Shown piece by piece: positions 1 through 9,939 of a stretch of 64,000 nt of DNA. The notes beneath the pieces were generated by a model, which did not search any database, was not told the origin of the DNA, and saw nothing but the letters and a program-made list of their open reading frames with translations. The first letter of the stretch is position 1, and the number at the start of each line of letters is the position of its first letter. Source of the DNA: Candidatus Omnitrophota bacterium (lineage in GTDB: Bacteria; Omnitrophota; Gorgyraeia; Gygaellales; UBA12090); assembly GCA_030674475.1 (NCBI GenBank), contig JAUSCZ010000041.1, forward strand, positions 3,481 through 67,480, in the 5' to 3' direction. The position numbers and the translations under genes are program-made.

Positions 1-1951
1 ACAAAGCCTCTCGCATTTTTTCAGCCAATTCCTCTTTGGTCTTCGCGGTTTTCCAATACTTCCTTGGTTTCAAAATAACAATGGGGTCGCTGATATTAGG
101 CCCCATAGGATCCGTGGCTATCTCTGCCGTCCCGATTTTTGAAACTACGGTTTCCACCTCCGGAAAGCGCATAATGATCTTTTGAGCAATTGCCTCGATC
201 TCTACGGATTCTCTTAATGAAATACTCGGTAAACGAATAATCTGGGGAGTCAGGCTTCCTTCATCTAAGGCGGGGATAAATTCTGTCCCCAGAAAAGGAA
301 TGAGTGCAAGACTCCCGCCAAACATCATTAAGGCAGAGATTATAACCGTAATTCTATGCTTTAGGGCATTCTTCAGAACAGGTAAGTATAATTTCTTTGC
401 CCAGAGTATCAGGAAACTCTCTTTTTCATTGCCGGCTTTTAAAAAAAATGAACAAAAGACAGGTATTACAAAGATAGATAAGGCTAAAGATGAAAATAGG
501 GCTATAGCAATAGTAAAAGCCAGAGGAGAAAACATCTTTCCCTCCATGCCCTGAAGGGTCATTATGGGCAGGAAGGTAATGGCTATAATCAATTCACCGA
601 GGATGGATGGTTTCCGCACTTCCATAACCGCGTTTAATATTGTGGTAAATTTGTGTTTGGAGGCACCAGACTCAGAAAGATGCCTTTGGACATTTTCCAC
701 CTGAATAATAGCGGCATCTACAACCATACCCAGGGATATAGCCAGCCCTCCTAAAGTCATAAGATTTGCTGAGAGGCCGATCATTTTCATTACAATAAAT
801 GTCGCCAAAACCGCTAACGGCAGGGTAAGAGCGACCACAAACGCGGCCCTGAAGTTTCTTAAAAACAGATAAAGGATTATAATGACGAAAATAGCGCCTT
901 CGGTAAGGGCTTTTTCAACCGTCGCCAGGCACTTCTCAACAAGTTCCGTCCTATCATAAAATGGTTTTATTTTGATTCCGGCAGGCAAAACTTTTCCATC
1001 ATTAATCTCTTGGACTTTATTTTTAACCCGCTCGACAACCTCCTTGCCGCTTTCTCCCTTAAGCATCATGACGATGCCGGCCACGCCTTCCCCTTTGCCG
1101 TCAACCACCAGCGCCCCCTGACGCGTTTCAGGCCCAATTTTAACTTCGGCAATATTGCTCACATACACAGGCACTTCTTCTTTTTCTTTAATAATAATGT
1201 CTTTGATATCGTCAATAGATTGGATCAGCCCTATGCCTCGGACTAAATATTGCTCCGCAGAATGCTCAATGATATTTCCTCCAGCATTGCTATTGTTGTC
1301 CGCTATTGCCTCAAAAACCTCTCTTACTGTCAGATCGTATTTCGCCAATTTCTCCGGATCAATGATGACTTGATACTGTTTCACATACCCGCCAAATGAA
1401 TTAACATCCGCTACGCCGGAAATAGTTTTTAAAATTGGGCGAACAATCCAATCTTGCATAGTTCTTAATTCTGTTAAGTCTTCCGTTTTATCTTTTACCA
1501 CAGCCTCTGGGGGACGCTCTAAGGTATATTGATAAATTTCACCCAATCCGGTTGAAATAGGGCCTAATGCCGTTTTCACCCCTTCCGGGAGATTTTCTTT
1601 AGCTTCAATTAACCGCTCCAAAACTAATTGCCGGGCAAAATAGATGTCAACAGTATCCTCAAAAACAACCGTAACCATGGAAAGTCCGAACTTTGACAAA
1701 GAGCGCAGCTCAACTAACTTAGGCAGCCCGGTCATTTGGACTTCTATAGGAAATGTAACTAACTTTTCGACTTCAATGGGAGAACGGCCCGGAGCTTCAG
1801 CAATCACCTGAACCTGAATATTGGTGACATCGGGGAAGGCGTCTATAGGTAATTTCTTAAAGGAATAAAATCCCAGCCCAATAAGCATGACCACCGCGAT
1901 TATAATTAACAGCCTTTGCCGTAATGAAAACGCTATAAGTTTATCCAGCAT
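1..1951 (-). CDS. czcA: CusA/CzcA family heavy-metal efflux RND permease (3' part runs off the window)
   Basis: Not in the ORF track; read by hand from ATG at 1951: MLDKLIAFSLRQR...KKLPIDAFPDVTNIQVQV...SLSKFGLSMVTVVFED...YFARQLVLERL, a typical CzcA N-terminus; lies directly after the adaptor gene. Confidence 0.92.
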   Translation of the reverse strand, partial: MLDKLIAFSLRQRLLIIIAVVMLIGLGFYSFKKLPIDAFPDVTNIQVQVIAEAPGRSPIEVEKLVTFPIEVQMTGLPKLVELRSLSKFGLSMVTVVFEDTVDIYFARQLVLERLIEAKENLPEGVKTALGPISTGLGEIYQYTLERPPEAVVKDKTEDLTELRTMQDWIVRPILKTISGVADVNSFGGYVKQYQVIIDPEKLAKYDLTVREVFEAIADNNSNAGGNIIEHSAEQYLVRGIGLIQSIDDIKDIIIKEKEEVPVYVSNIAEVKIGPETRQGALVVDGKGEGVAGIVMMLKGESGKEVVERVKNKVQEINDGKVLPAGIKIKPFYDRTELVEKCLATVEKALTEGAIFVIIILYLFLRNFRAAFVVALTLPLAVLATFIVMKMIGLSANLMTLGGLAISLGMVVDAAIIQVENVQRHLSESGASKHKFTTILNAVMEVRKPSILGELIIAITFLPIMTLQGMEGKMFSPLAFTIAIALFSSLALSIFVIPVFCSFFLKAGNEKESFLILWAKKLYLPVLKNALKHRITVIISALMMFGGSLALIPFLGTEFIPALDEGSLTPQIIRLPSISLRESVEIEAIAQKIIMRFPEVETVVSKIGTAEIATDPMGPNISDPIVILKPRKYWKTAKTKEELAEKMREAL

Positions 1952-1953
1952 AA

Positions 1954-2934
1954 TTATTCTCCCTCCAATTCGCCTTTTAAGAGTTCAGACTTAAGAAGAA
2001 ACGCGCCGCCAACGACAACCTCATCCCCTTCTTTAATTTGGGCATTTCTTTCTTGAGAAGGAACATCCTCAATAAAAACCTCTTCTTTGGTTTCAGCTTT
2101 TACCTTAATTTTTCTTATCATAAATTTATTATCCCCTGTTTTAAGAAAAATAATCCTATCATTACCCATCGTTTGGACAGCATCAGCCGGCACCGACAGA
2201 TATTTCTCCCCGCCTTCTGATATAATATCGCCGCTGACAAACATACCCAATTTGAGCATCATATCTTTATTATCCACAATAACCCGGATTTTAATCGTGT
2301 GGCTGGTTTCATCAACTCGCGGAGAAATAAATATTATCTCTCCTTCAAACACTTTATCCGGATACGCGACAGTACGCACCGATACTTTCTGCCCTAGCTT
2401 AATTTCGGCAATATCTTTTTCATAAACTTCAAGCGTTGCCCATAATTTCGTGAGGTCCGCGATAGTGTAAATAGACGAGACAGTATCAACCCTGTCGCTT
2501 ACTTTAGCGAAAGCGCCGATCACAATACCCGCTATCGGCGCTTTTACCTCATGCAGGGATGTTTCCCCGTTTATTTTAGATACAACACAAAGTATTTCGT
2601 CTTTTTTGACGGACCAACCAATTTGAGCTTTGGCGTCAACAATCGTACCGATAACCGGCGAAACCACATGAACTGAAGTTTCCGCGTCCTGAGCAATCTG
2701 GCCGAAGACGGAAACCTTCTTTTTGAATACGCTTAACCGCGTTATGGCTGTTATTAAGTTAATCAATTCCTGCGATTCTTTGCTTAAAGACAGCTCTTCT
2801 GCTGCCGCTGCTTCTTCAGTACGCGTTTCGGCTGCGCGATCCTTTCCTATGCTCTTATTTAAAACGCCCTGGGATACCGCTATCCCCAGCACAAAAGAAA
2901 TCAAAACCACTGATACCAATCTTAAATTTTTCAT
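1954..2934 (-). CDS. czcB: RND efflux periplasmic adaptor (CzcB/CusB family)
   Basis: N-terminal anchor, lipoyl-like and beta-barrel motifs (IADLTKLW..VYEKD, LKLGMFV, VVVGGAFLLKSEL); between TolC and CzcA. Confidence 0.88.
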   Translation of the reverse strand: MKNLRLVSVVLISFVLGIAVSQGVLNKSIGKDRAAETRTEEAAAAEELSLSKESQELINLITAITRLSVFKKKVSVFGQIAQDAETSVHVVSPVIGTIVDAKAQIGWSVKKDEILCVVSKINGETSLHEVKAPIAGIVIGAFAKVSDRVDTVSSIYTIADLTKLWATLEVYEKDIAEIKLGQKVSVRTVAYPDKVFEGEIIFISPRVDETSHTIKIRVIVDNKDMMLKLGMFVSGDIISEGGEKYLSVPADAVQTMGNDRIIFLKTGDNKFMIRKIKVKAETKEEVFIEDVPSQERNAQIKEGDEVVVGGAFLLKSELLKGELEGE

Positions 2935-4187
2935 CGTAAATATTCCTCCTTCCGAACCGACGCGTAAACAGTCTTTTCAAGTTCGTTTATGGCTTTGTTA
3001 AGGTTAAACAGCCCTTCGTAGTATTTAATTCTTGTCTCGGCCGCGGTTTTTACCTGATCAAGAAAATTAATAAAATCTATTTCGCCTTCACTATAGCGCA
3101 GGTTTGCCAGACGCAGCAGTTCGTTTGCCTCATCCAACGACTTTTTCAGTAATTCAAGCTGACGGTGAGTAAGCTCCGCGTTTAAATAAGCCTCGAAAAC
3201 ACTAAAAGCAAGTTCTCTTTTTGCCGCCTGGGTTTTCGCAATCTGGGCGTCTTTCTCGGCTTGGGCTTTTTTAACTTCCCCTTGATTTAGATTCCAGAAA
3301 GGAACACTAAAACCCACCACCAGACTTGAGTCATTCTCATATTCTTCGGTTGTCCTTTGAAACCCGACAAAAGGAGACGGTAGGCGGGAAAGCTTTTCTT
3401 TGGTCAGATTCGCGGCCTTTAAATTTAGAGCCAAATCCTCGGATTTAATCGCGGGGCTTTTAGAAAAGGCTTCTTGGGTTAATTCCTGAAGATCGAGCCG
3501 CAATTCCTCATCCTTAAGCTCCTCTTCTATTTCAAAAAGGTTATCCATCGCGCGGCCTAAAAGCAGGTTAAGCCTCGCCTTGTTTATTTTTAACTCTTTT
3601 TCCGCGAATAAATAAGAATTCTCCGCCTCAAAAAGCGCTATCTTTGCCCTCTGAACGTCATTTTTAAGCGCCTGACCGGATTGGAAACGCTGCTGTACCC
3701 GGCTGAAAAACTGCCGCAGGATATTAAGGTTTTCGTCTGCCAATTCCAGTTCTTTTTTATTTAAAATTATCCGGGAGTAAACCTCTCTCGCCTCGGCATA
3801 CACTTGCGACCAGACGGATTTAACTAACTCCTGCTGTAGTAATACTTGATTTCGCGCTATTTTGCTTTTTGCCCCGCGCACGCCCGGCGGATCAAATTCC
3901 TGCCTGACTTCAAGGCTGTCAAGATTTGTTTTACGCTCACCTGCTTCGTTCTTTTTCAATCCCCCTATTTCAAACTCGGCCTCCGGATTGGAAAATGTCC
4001 GCGCGGTTATTAAATCGCCTTTGGCCGCGTCAACGGCTTTCTTGGCTTCTACGATGCGAGGATTAAATTCAAAAGCCAATGACAAGGCTTTCTCTAAAGT
4101 TAACGGTTCCTCAGCCTGCGCCATCTTAGGAATACTACTTACAATAAATGCTATTATCGTGATGATACTTCGTATCTTCTTGTTCAT
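2931..4187 (-). CDS. czcC: TolC/CzcC family outer-membrane efflux protein
   Basis: LTLEKALSLAFEFNP, VPFWNLNQGEV, RYSEGEIDFINFLD motifs; start moved to ATG 4187 (GAGGT RBS, signal peptide). Confidence 0.87.
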   Translation of the reverse strand: MNKKIRSIITIIAFIVSSIPKMAQAEEPLTLEKALSLAFEFNPRIVEAKKAVDAAKGDLITARTFSNPEAEFEIGGLKKNEAGERKTNLDSLEVRQEFDPPGVRGAKSKIARNQVLLQQELVKSVWSQVYAEAREVYSRIILNKKELELADENLNILRQFFSRVQQRFQSGQALKNDVQRAKIALFEAENSYLFAEKELKINKARLNLLLGRAMDNLFEIEEELKDEELRLDLQELTQEAFSKSPAIKSEDLALNLKAANLTKEKLSRLPSPFVGFQRTTEEYENDSSLVVGFSVPFWNLNQGEVKKAQAEKDAQIAKTQAAKRELAFSVFEAYLNAELTHRQLELLKKSLDEANELLRLANLRYSEGEIDFINFLDQVKTAAETRIKYYEGLFNLNKAINELEKTVYASVRKEEYLR

Positions 4188-4293
4188 ATTTTTAAACCTC
4201 TTTTTAAAAATGGGAAAATAATAAAACAGGAAATGAAAAAAGACAGAATAAAGCACAATGTAATACAAATTCGTTTGTGCTTACTTCTGTCTC

Positions 4294-4563
4294 TTAGATA
4301 ATACTTTTAGGAGGATATTCGATACCGCGTAGAAACGACTCCTGGCGGAGCGCGGCATCAAATTGGATAAAAGACGCGGAAAGCGAAGGCGCGGTTGTGA
4401 TTTGCCCTGACGGTAAAACTATACCGTGACAGCCCGCGCTACAGCAGATAACACAATGGTGCCCGTTATCATCTATTGAACTTGCGGCATCACAAAATCC
4501 CGCCGCTGAGATTAAAAATACGGATATAATAACAAGCACTATTACTTTATTAAGCATGCTCAC
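4294..4563 (-). CDS. CzcI/DUF2946-like small His/Cys-rich secreted or leader protein
   Basis: Signal peptide, HHCVICC...CH motif, C-terminal RGIEYPPK; first gene ahead of czcCBA. Confidence 0.6.
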   Translation of the reverse strand: MSMLNKVIVLVIISVFLISAAGFCDAASSIDDNGHHCVICCSAGCHGIVLPSGQITTAPSLSASFIQFDAALRQESFLRGIEYPPKSII

Positions 4564-4569
4564 AGAAAA

Positions 4570-4597
4570 ATTGTAGCATATAGATAATTTTTGTCAA
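4570..4597 (-). promoter_or_regulatory. sigma70 promoter of the czc operon (probably leaderless)
   Basis: TTGACA-16 nt-TACAAT with extended TGn; the start codon is 6 nt downstream of the -10. Confidence 0.6.
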
Positions 4598-4652
4598 CAC
4601 TTCAAAAAAGACTCGCCTGGAAACTCAATTTTATGGAAACCAATTCTTCGCC

Positions 4653-5891
4653 TTACCGCAGCGGGGTCATCGTCATTATCTTCTTGGCTATTTCCGGATA
4701 TTGGGCAACAAATTTCAGTTCCTCTTCCACCAGCGGTTTTTGATTATGCACGTTAGCATATCTGGCTAATTCTAAAATCCTGGCTGCCTCGGCATCGTCT
4801 TTAAAAGCTATCTCCAGTTTCTCATACACATTTCTAAAGCCCTTTATACCCGAGTATTCCCCGACAGTTATCTGCCTGCCGGTCTCAATAACCTCAGGCT
4901 CTCCCCGTCCCAGTTCTTCAAAATCATAAAGTTCATAATTACGCCGGTCTTTGAGCGCTCCGTCGGCATGAATCCCCGACTCATGGGCAAAGGCATTTGC
5001 CCCTATGCCGGGTTGATTTATCGGGATAGGGATACCGAAGGCGTAGGAGGCGTATTTACAAAGCTGCCAGGCTTTTTTTAAATCCACTTTTTCATCAAGC
5101 GTATATTTTCCCCGCATTCCGCTGGCGTAACGGACAGCCAGGATTACCGCGGCCAGATCCGCGTTTCCCGCGCGTTCTCCCATTCCATTGACACAGGTAT
5201 TAATATAGGCATCAACACCATTATCATTAGCCGCCATAGCCCCGGCCACGGAATTCGCCACCACCATCCCTAAATCATTATGGCAATGCAATTCCACGGG
5301 TATCTTTATTGCCTCAGCCAGCCTCTTAATCCGTTCGTAGATAGTAAACGGGCTATCGCAGCCGAGGGTATCGCAATAACGAAACCTGTCCGCGCCGGCG
5401 TTTTTTGCCGCCTGGGCAAAAGAAACCAGGTAATCTATCTCCGTGCGCGAGGCATCTTCCGCGTTTACGCCTATAGACTCCGCCCCTGATTCTCTCGCTA
5501 ACTTTAGCGCGCCGGTCATTTCTTTTATAACCGAGGTATGGTCTAATTTGCCCTTAAATTTATGCCTGATCATCTGCTCGGATGTGGACATGGAAAGATT
5601 TAAATGTTTTATCTTAGGGCAGTTCTTGAATGTTTCCCGGACATCTTCCTCTATTGCCCTAATCCATCCGCCTAAACGAATAGGCGCGAGGGCATTCATT
5701 TCGGCTAATTCCAAATTAGCATTCAGATAATTTGTTTCGTGATGAGTCGTGGGGAAGCCGAATTCGCTCTGGAATACGCCCATCTGATTAAGATAGCTAT
5801 TCAGGATTGTTTTTTGAAGTTTAGAGAGACATATCCGGGAAGTCTGCACCCCGTCTCTGTTAGTTACATCAATAAGATAAATTTTTGGCAT
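4653..5891 (-). CDS. DRE-TIM metallolyase: homocitrate synthase / Re-citrate synthase-like
   Basis: DVTNRDGVQT, ELHCHNDLG, GMGERAGNA, FAHESGIHADG motifs; no C-terminal LeuA regulatory domain. Confidence 0.8.
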   Translation of the reverse strand: MPKIYLIDVTNRDGVQTSRICLSKLQKTILNSYLNQMGVFQSEFGFPTTHHETNYLNANLELAEMNALAPIRLGGWIRAIEEDVRETFKNCPKIKHLNLSMSTSEQMIRHKFKGKLDHTSVIKEMTGALKLARESGAESIGVNAEDASRTEIDYLVSFAQAAKNAGADRFRYCDTLGCDSPFTIYERIKRLAEAIKIPVELHCHNDLGMVVANSVAGAMAANDNGVDAYINTCVNGMGERAGNADLAAVILAVRYASGMRGKYTLDEKVDLKKAWQLCKYASYAFGIPIPINQPGIGANAFAHESGIHADGALKDRRNYELYDFEELGRGEPEVIETGRQITVGEYSGIKGFRNVYEKLEIAFKDDAEAARILELARYANVHNQKPLVEEELKFVAQYPEIAKKIMTMTPLR

Positions 5892-5905
5892 CTTAGCCCC
5901 TCCTA

Positions 5906-7096
5906 TTAAATAAGCGTTGCAATAAATTTCTCAATTCTATTTAATCCCTCAACAATATTCTCCATAGAAGTAGCGTATGAGAGCCGTATATAGCTATCAT
6001 CTCCGAAGACACCTCCGGGAACCACCGCGACATGAGCGGATTGCAGAAGCGCATCCGTTAAATCCATGGAATTAGCTATTTTCCTGCCGCTAATACCCTT
6101 ACTTAAGATATTGGCTATATTTATCCAGCAATAAAAAGCACCCTGCGGCTTTATCGTGCGCAGGCCCTTTATTGAATTCACCCTATTTACCATAAAATCG
6201 CGTCTTTTCTTAAACTCCGCCACCATCTTAGTCAAATCGCCCTGATTACCGTTCAATGCCTCTACGCTGGCGGCCTGAGCAATTGAGGTTGGATTAGAGG
6301 TGGAATGATCCTGGAGATTTGACATTGCCTGAATAATCTCCTTTGGCCCGGCGCAATAACCGATGCGCCAGCCGGTCATAGAATAGGCCTTAGAAACCCC
6401 GTTTACCACCATGGTTTTTTTCTTCATCTCTTCATCCAGAGACGCGATACTGACATGCCCCTCATCATAAATTACCTTCTCGTAGATCTCATCGGAAAGA
6501 CAGTAAATTCCGGACTTGAGGATAATTTTACTTAATTCCCTGAGCTCCTTCTCACTATACACCATCCCTGTGGGATTAGAGGGAGAGTTAAGGATAAGCA
6601 GTTTGGTTTTAAGATTTATCGCGCTCTCCAATTGTCCCGGGGTTATCTTGAAATTTGTTTCTTGCGTAGTATTGAGGATAACGGCTTTTGCCCCCGCAAC
6701 CCTCACAATCTCCGGATAACTCACCCAATAAGGCGAGGGCAAAATCACTTCATCGCCATCCCCGCACAATGCCACCACCGCGTTAAATATAGAGTGTTTT
6801 GCCCCGCAGGAGACAAGTATTTCCTCGGCGCTATAGTCCAGCGCGTTATCTTTTTTGAACTTTACGCGGATAGCATCTTTTAACTCTTTCGTTCCGCCAG
6901 TGGGCGTATATTTAGTAAATCCTTTATCAATTGCCTTTTTGGCGGCTTCTTTGATATTAACCGGCGTATCAAAATCCGGCTCGCCCGCGCCAAAACCGAT
7001 AACGTTAATCCCTTCCGCCTGCATTTTCTTTGCTTTGGCAGTTATGCTTAACGTGGGCGATGGGCTGATTTGACTTATTCTCCTTGATATTAACAT
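5906..7096 (-). CDS. aspC: PLP-dependent class I aminotransferase (aspartate aminotransferase)
   Basis: GAGEPDFDTP, NSPSNPTG, SDEIY, SKAYSMTGWRIG. Confidence 0.9.
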   Translation of the reverse strand: MLISRRISQISPSPTLSITAKAKKMQAEGINVIGFGAGEPDFDTPVNIKEAAKKAIDKGFTKYTPTGGTKELKDAIRVKFKKDNALDYSAEEILVSCGAKHSIFNAVVALCGDGDEVILPSPYWVSYPEIVRVAGAKAVILNTTQETNFKITPGQLESAINLKTKLLILNSPSNPTGMVYSEKELRELSKIILKSGIYCLSDEIYEKVIYDEGHVSIASLDEEMKKKTMVVNGVSKAYSMTGWRIGYCAGPKEIIQAMSNLQDHSTSNPTSIAQAASVEALNGNQGDLTKMVAEFKKRRDFMVNRVNSIKGLRTIKPQGAFYCWINIANILSKGISGRKIANSMDLTDALLQSAHVAVVPGGVFGDDSYIRLSYATSMENIVEGLNRIEKFIATLI

Positions 7097-7190
7097 TGTT
7101 TAACCTCCATTTTTTAATAAATTAGTTTATCCTATTATGGTTTACCCTCGCAGGAGGCAGGTCGGAAGCGATATAGCGCCTCAAATGTCC

Positions 7191-7277
7191 TTATCGTCGT
7201 CTGGTCATCATACTTAAGATTCGCAGCATAAAGACTACCAAAAGAATCAGTAAAATAATGATTAAGATGCGTATCAT
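7191..7277 (-). CDS. unannotated 28-aa single-pass membrane micropeptide
   Basis: ATG 7277: MIRILIIILLILLVVFMLRILSMMTRRR*; AGGA upstream; 11 nt after the hflC stop. Confidence 0.5.
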   Translation of the reverse strand: MIRILIIILLILLVVFMLRILSMMTRRR

Positions 7278-7288
7278 TAGCGTTCCTA

Positions 7289-8182
7289 TTACTTTTTAGC
7301 CGGTTCGCTTATCGGTAAGTGGGATTTTTCCAAATATTTCAGCAGATCGGAATCCGCGTCCAAAACAATCGTGGTGCCCGCGCCCAGTGAGCGCTCGTAA
7401 GCTTCAAGGCGCCGCAAGAAAGAATAAAATTCCGGATCTTTCTCGTAGGCCGAAGCGTAAATCGCCGTGGCCTGGGCGTCCCCCTCACCCATTAACTTCT
7501 GGGCTTGTTCGTAACTCTTGGCTAAAACGATTTGCGCTTCTTTATTAACATTGGCTCGAATCTCGCGAGCCTGCTCTTCGCCTTCCGCCCGGTACTTTTT
7601 GGCGATGCGCTGCCGCTCCGCCTGCATCCTGGCGTAAACACTGGCCTGGACCTCTCTTGGCAAATCAAGCCGCTTAATGCGAACGTCGATGAGTTCAATA
7701 CCGAACTGCTGCTTCACCGATACGCGGGCATCCTGGCTTACAGCTTGAACAATCGCCTCGCGCTGTTCCCGGACAAAATCAATAAAAGTGCGCTTGCCGA
7801 TCTCTTCCCTTAGACGTCCGGATACCACATCATTTAATCGGATCAAGGCCCCTGCTTCGGTCCGAACCGTGCGGTAAAACTCCAGCGGGTCCGTGATACG
7901 CCACCGTGAAATGTGATCCACTACGACCCGCTTCTTATCCGAGGTCAGATATTCAACCGCCTGCGCGTCCGATGAAAGCACTCGCTTGTCAAAACGCTGC
8001 AAGCTGTGAATAAAAGGAACTTTTATGTAAAGACCGGGTTCACGCACAGTGCGCATGGGTTGACCGAACATCGTGACAATCGCTTGTTCGCGCTCATCAA
8101 CGATGTAGAAAATATTTGATACGGCTAAGAGGGCGATATAGCCCGCTATTAAAAACAGTAATTTGAGTGATTTGTTTTTCAC
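7289..8182 (-). CDS. hflC: FtsH protease modulator HflC
   Basis: SPFH domain, DVRIKRLDLP, MQAERQRIA..YRAEGEE, KDPEFYSFLR. Confidence 0.93.
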   Translation of the reverse strand: MKNKSLKLLFLIAGYIALLAVSNIFYIVDEREQAIVTMFGQPMRTVREPGLYIKVPFIHSLQRFDKRVLSSDAQAVEYLTSDKKRVVVDHISRWRITDPLEFYRTVRTEAGALIRLNDVVSGRLREEIGKRTFIDFVREQREAIVQAVSQDARVSVKQQFGIELIDVRIKRLDLPREVQASVYARMQAERQRIAKKYRAEGEEQAREIRANVNKEAQIVLAKSYEQAQKLMGEGDAQATAIYASAYEKDPEFYSFLRRLEAYERSLGAGTTIVLDADSDLLKYLEKSHLPISEPAKK

Positions 8183-9222
8183 GGCTTCACCTCTTTCAAT
8201 TTTTGGGAAGTAATTGCGGGCATCTCATGCGGCGCCTGCGCTTTCTTAAGAGGAAGCCACGGTAAGACGGAGCCGGTAGACTGCGAGGGCAATATCACTT
8301 TCTCTGTGTGGGGAAGTATACGCTCCATCATCTCAAGATAAAGTCTCTCTCTTGTCACCGTGGGTGATTTTTCATAGGATTCCCGCACATCCAGAAACCT
8401 TTCGGCTTCGCCCTGGCTGCGGATAATGCGTTGTTCTTTGTAGCCTTCTGCTTTGCGCACGGCCTCCGCGGCTTCTCCGCGGCTTCTGGGCAGAATATCC
8501 TCGGCGAATCCTCGCGCTTCTTGTATAAGCCGTTCGCGGTCTTCCCAGGCGCGCACCACATCGTGAAACGCGTCCTTTACGTCTAAAGGCGGGTCCACGA
8601 CAAGAAGCCTCACTTCCGTTGCCAGAAGACCTGTTCGATAGTCATCTAAGAGGCGCTGGAGCTGTTCCTTGGTCTGCTCTTGCACTTGAAAACGCCCGTC
8701 GGTCATCGTAAAATCAATGGTATTGCGCCCAACCACATTACGCAAGGCGACTTCCGCGGCCGTCGTAAGCATTTGTTCCGGATCCCGGGCGCGAAAAAGA
8801 AAGGCGGAGGGATCTTTTATGACATACTGCACAAAAAGCTGACTGGCGACGATATTCTCGTCACCTGTCAACATAAGAGACTCCTCATCAATAACCATGG
8901 TCTGCCGCCCGCCTTCACTACGAAATCCTATTTCGGCTCTGCGTACCCTTGCCACATCTACCACATCGCGGCTTTGAATCGGCAGCGGCAGATGAAACCC
9001 GAGTCCCGGACCGGTTTGAGAATGTATTTTCCCAAACTGCCTGATGACGCCCTGCTCCCCGGGACCGACCACATAGAGCCCCGAGGCCAGCCATAAAACC
9101 AAGCCAAGTCCACCAAGCGCCAAAAGCATCGGCGGCCGCAACACTGTCTTAAATATTTTCTGCAGGTCCTCAATAAAAGACTCCACGGCAGAAGATATTC
9201 CACCCCATTCCGGATTTTCCAT
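8179..9222 (-). CDS. hflK: FtsH protease modulator HflK
   Basis: MLTGDENIV, VKDAFHDVVRA, VTRERLYLEMME; overlaps hflC. Confidence 0.93.
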   Translation of the reverse strand: MENPEWGGISSAVESFIEDLQKIFKTVLRPPMLLALGGLGLVLWLASGLYVVGPGEQGVIRQFGKIHSQTGPGLGFHLPLPIQSRDVVDVARVRRAEIGFRSEGGRQTMVIDEESLMLTGDENIVASQLFVQYVIKDPSAFLFRARDPEQMLTTAAEVALRNVVGRNTIDFTMTDGRFQVQEQTKEQLQRLLDDYRTGLLATEVRLLVVDPPLDVKDAFHDVVRAWEDRERLIQEARGFAEDILPRSRGEAAEAVRKAEGYKEQRIIRSQGEAERFLDVRESYEKSPTVTRERLYLEMMERILPHTEKVILPSQSTGSVLPWLPLKKAQAPHEMPAITSQKLKEVKP

Positions 9223-9355
9223 TATTTCGCCCCCTTCCTTATTTTAGTTGCCACTTTTTAGAACGGTAACTACTTTATGTTATTATCACGGATTTCCCGC
9301 GGTTATCCAAAATTTGCCTGCCTGACGGCCCTCGGCTTCGCCGCGAGGCGAGCAG

Positions 9356-9868
9356 TCAGGCGTTAGGATAAGTGCGGCAAATTTTTTTGTTCTTTTCTTC
9401 TACTTCCTTAGCCATCTGTTCTTTATATTGTTTCATCTTTTCTCTGAACCGCGGATACTTAATGCCCAGAATTTGGGTTGCCAGCAGCGCCGAATTTTTC
9501 GCTCCGGCTTTTCCGGTAGCAACACACGCCACCGGCACACCCGACGGCATCTGAACCATAGAAAGAAGCGAATCCAGGCCTCCGGAAAGCTGCGTCTGCA
9601 TAGGGACTCCGATAACCGGAAGCGGCGTCCAGGCCGCCATAACTCCCGCTAAATGCGCGGCTCCCCCCGCGGCAGCGATAATGACTTCCAGGCCCCTCCC
9701 TTCCGCGGAAGAAGCATATTCGTGCGCTCTTTGCGGGGTGCGGTGCGCGGAAATAATATTCATCTCGTAACCAATACCAAATTTTTCTAATGTTTTCGTA
9801 GCCTCTTGCATAGTTTCTAAATCCGAATCGCTCCCCATAACGATGCCGACAAGAATATTATGTGCCAT
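9356..9868 (-). CDS. purE: N5-CAIR mutase / AIR carboxylase PurE
   Basis: VMGSDSD, SAHRTP, GGAAHLAG, DSLLSMVQMPSGVPVA; GGAGG RBS before ATG 9868. Confidence 0.95.
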   Translation of the reverse strand: MAHNILVGIVMGSDSDLETMQEATKTLEKFGIGYEMNIISAHRTPQRAHEYASSAEGRGLEVIIAAAGGAAHLAGVMAAWTPLPVIGVPMQTQLSGGLDSLLSMVQMPSGVPVACVATGKAGAKNSALLATQILGIKYPRFREKMKQYKEQMAKEVEEKNKKICRTYPNA

Positions 9869-9939
9869 ATTCAAACCTCCCGCGCCTTATCATCCATTTC
9901 ACAATTTCCAAAACCGGCACAACTATGATCCCGGTATTT

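Noticed and set aside
300-1373. Short plus-strand ORFs (and similar ones throughout the window)
   Set aside because: Antisense shadows of well-supported minus-strand genes such as czcA; no motifs or RBS.
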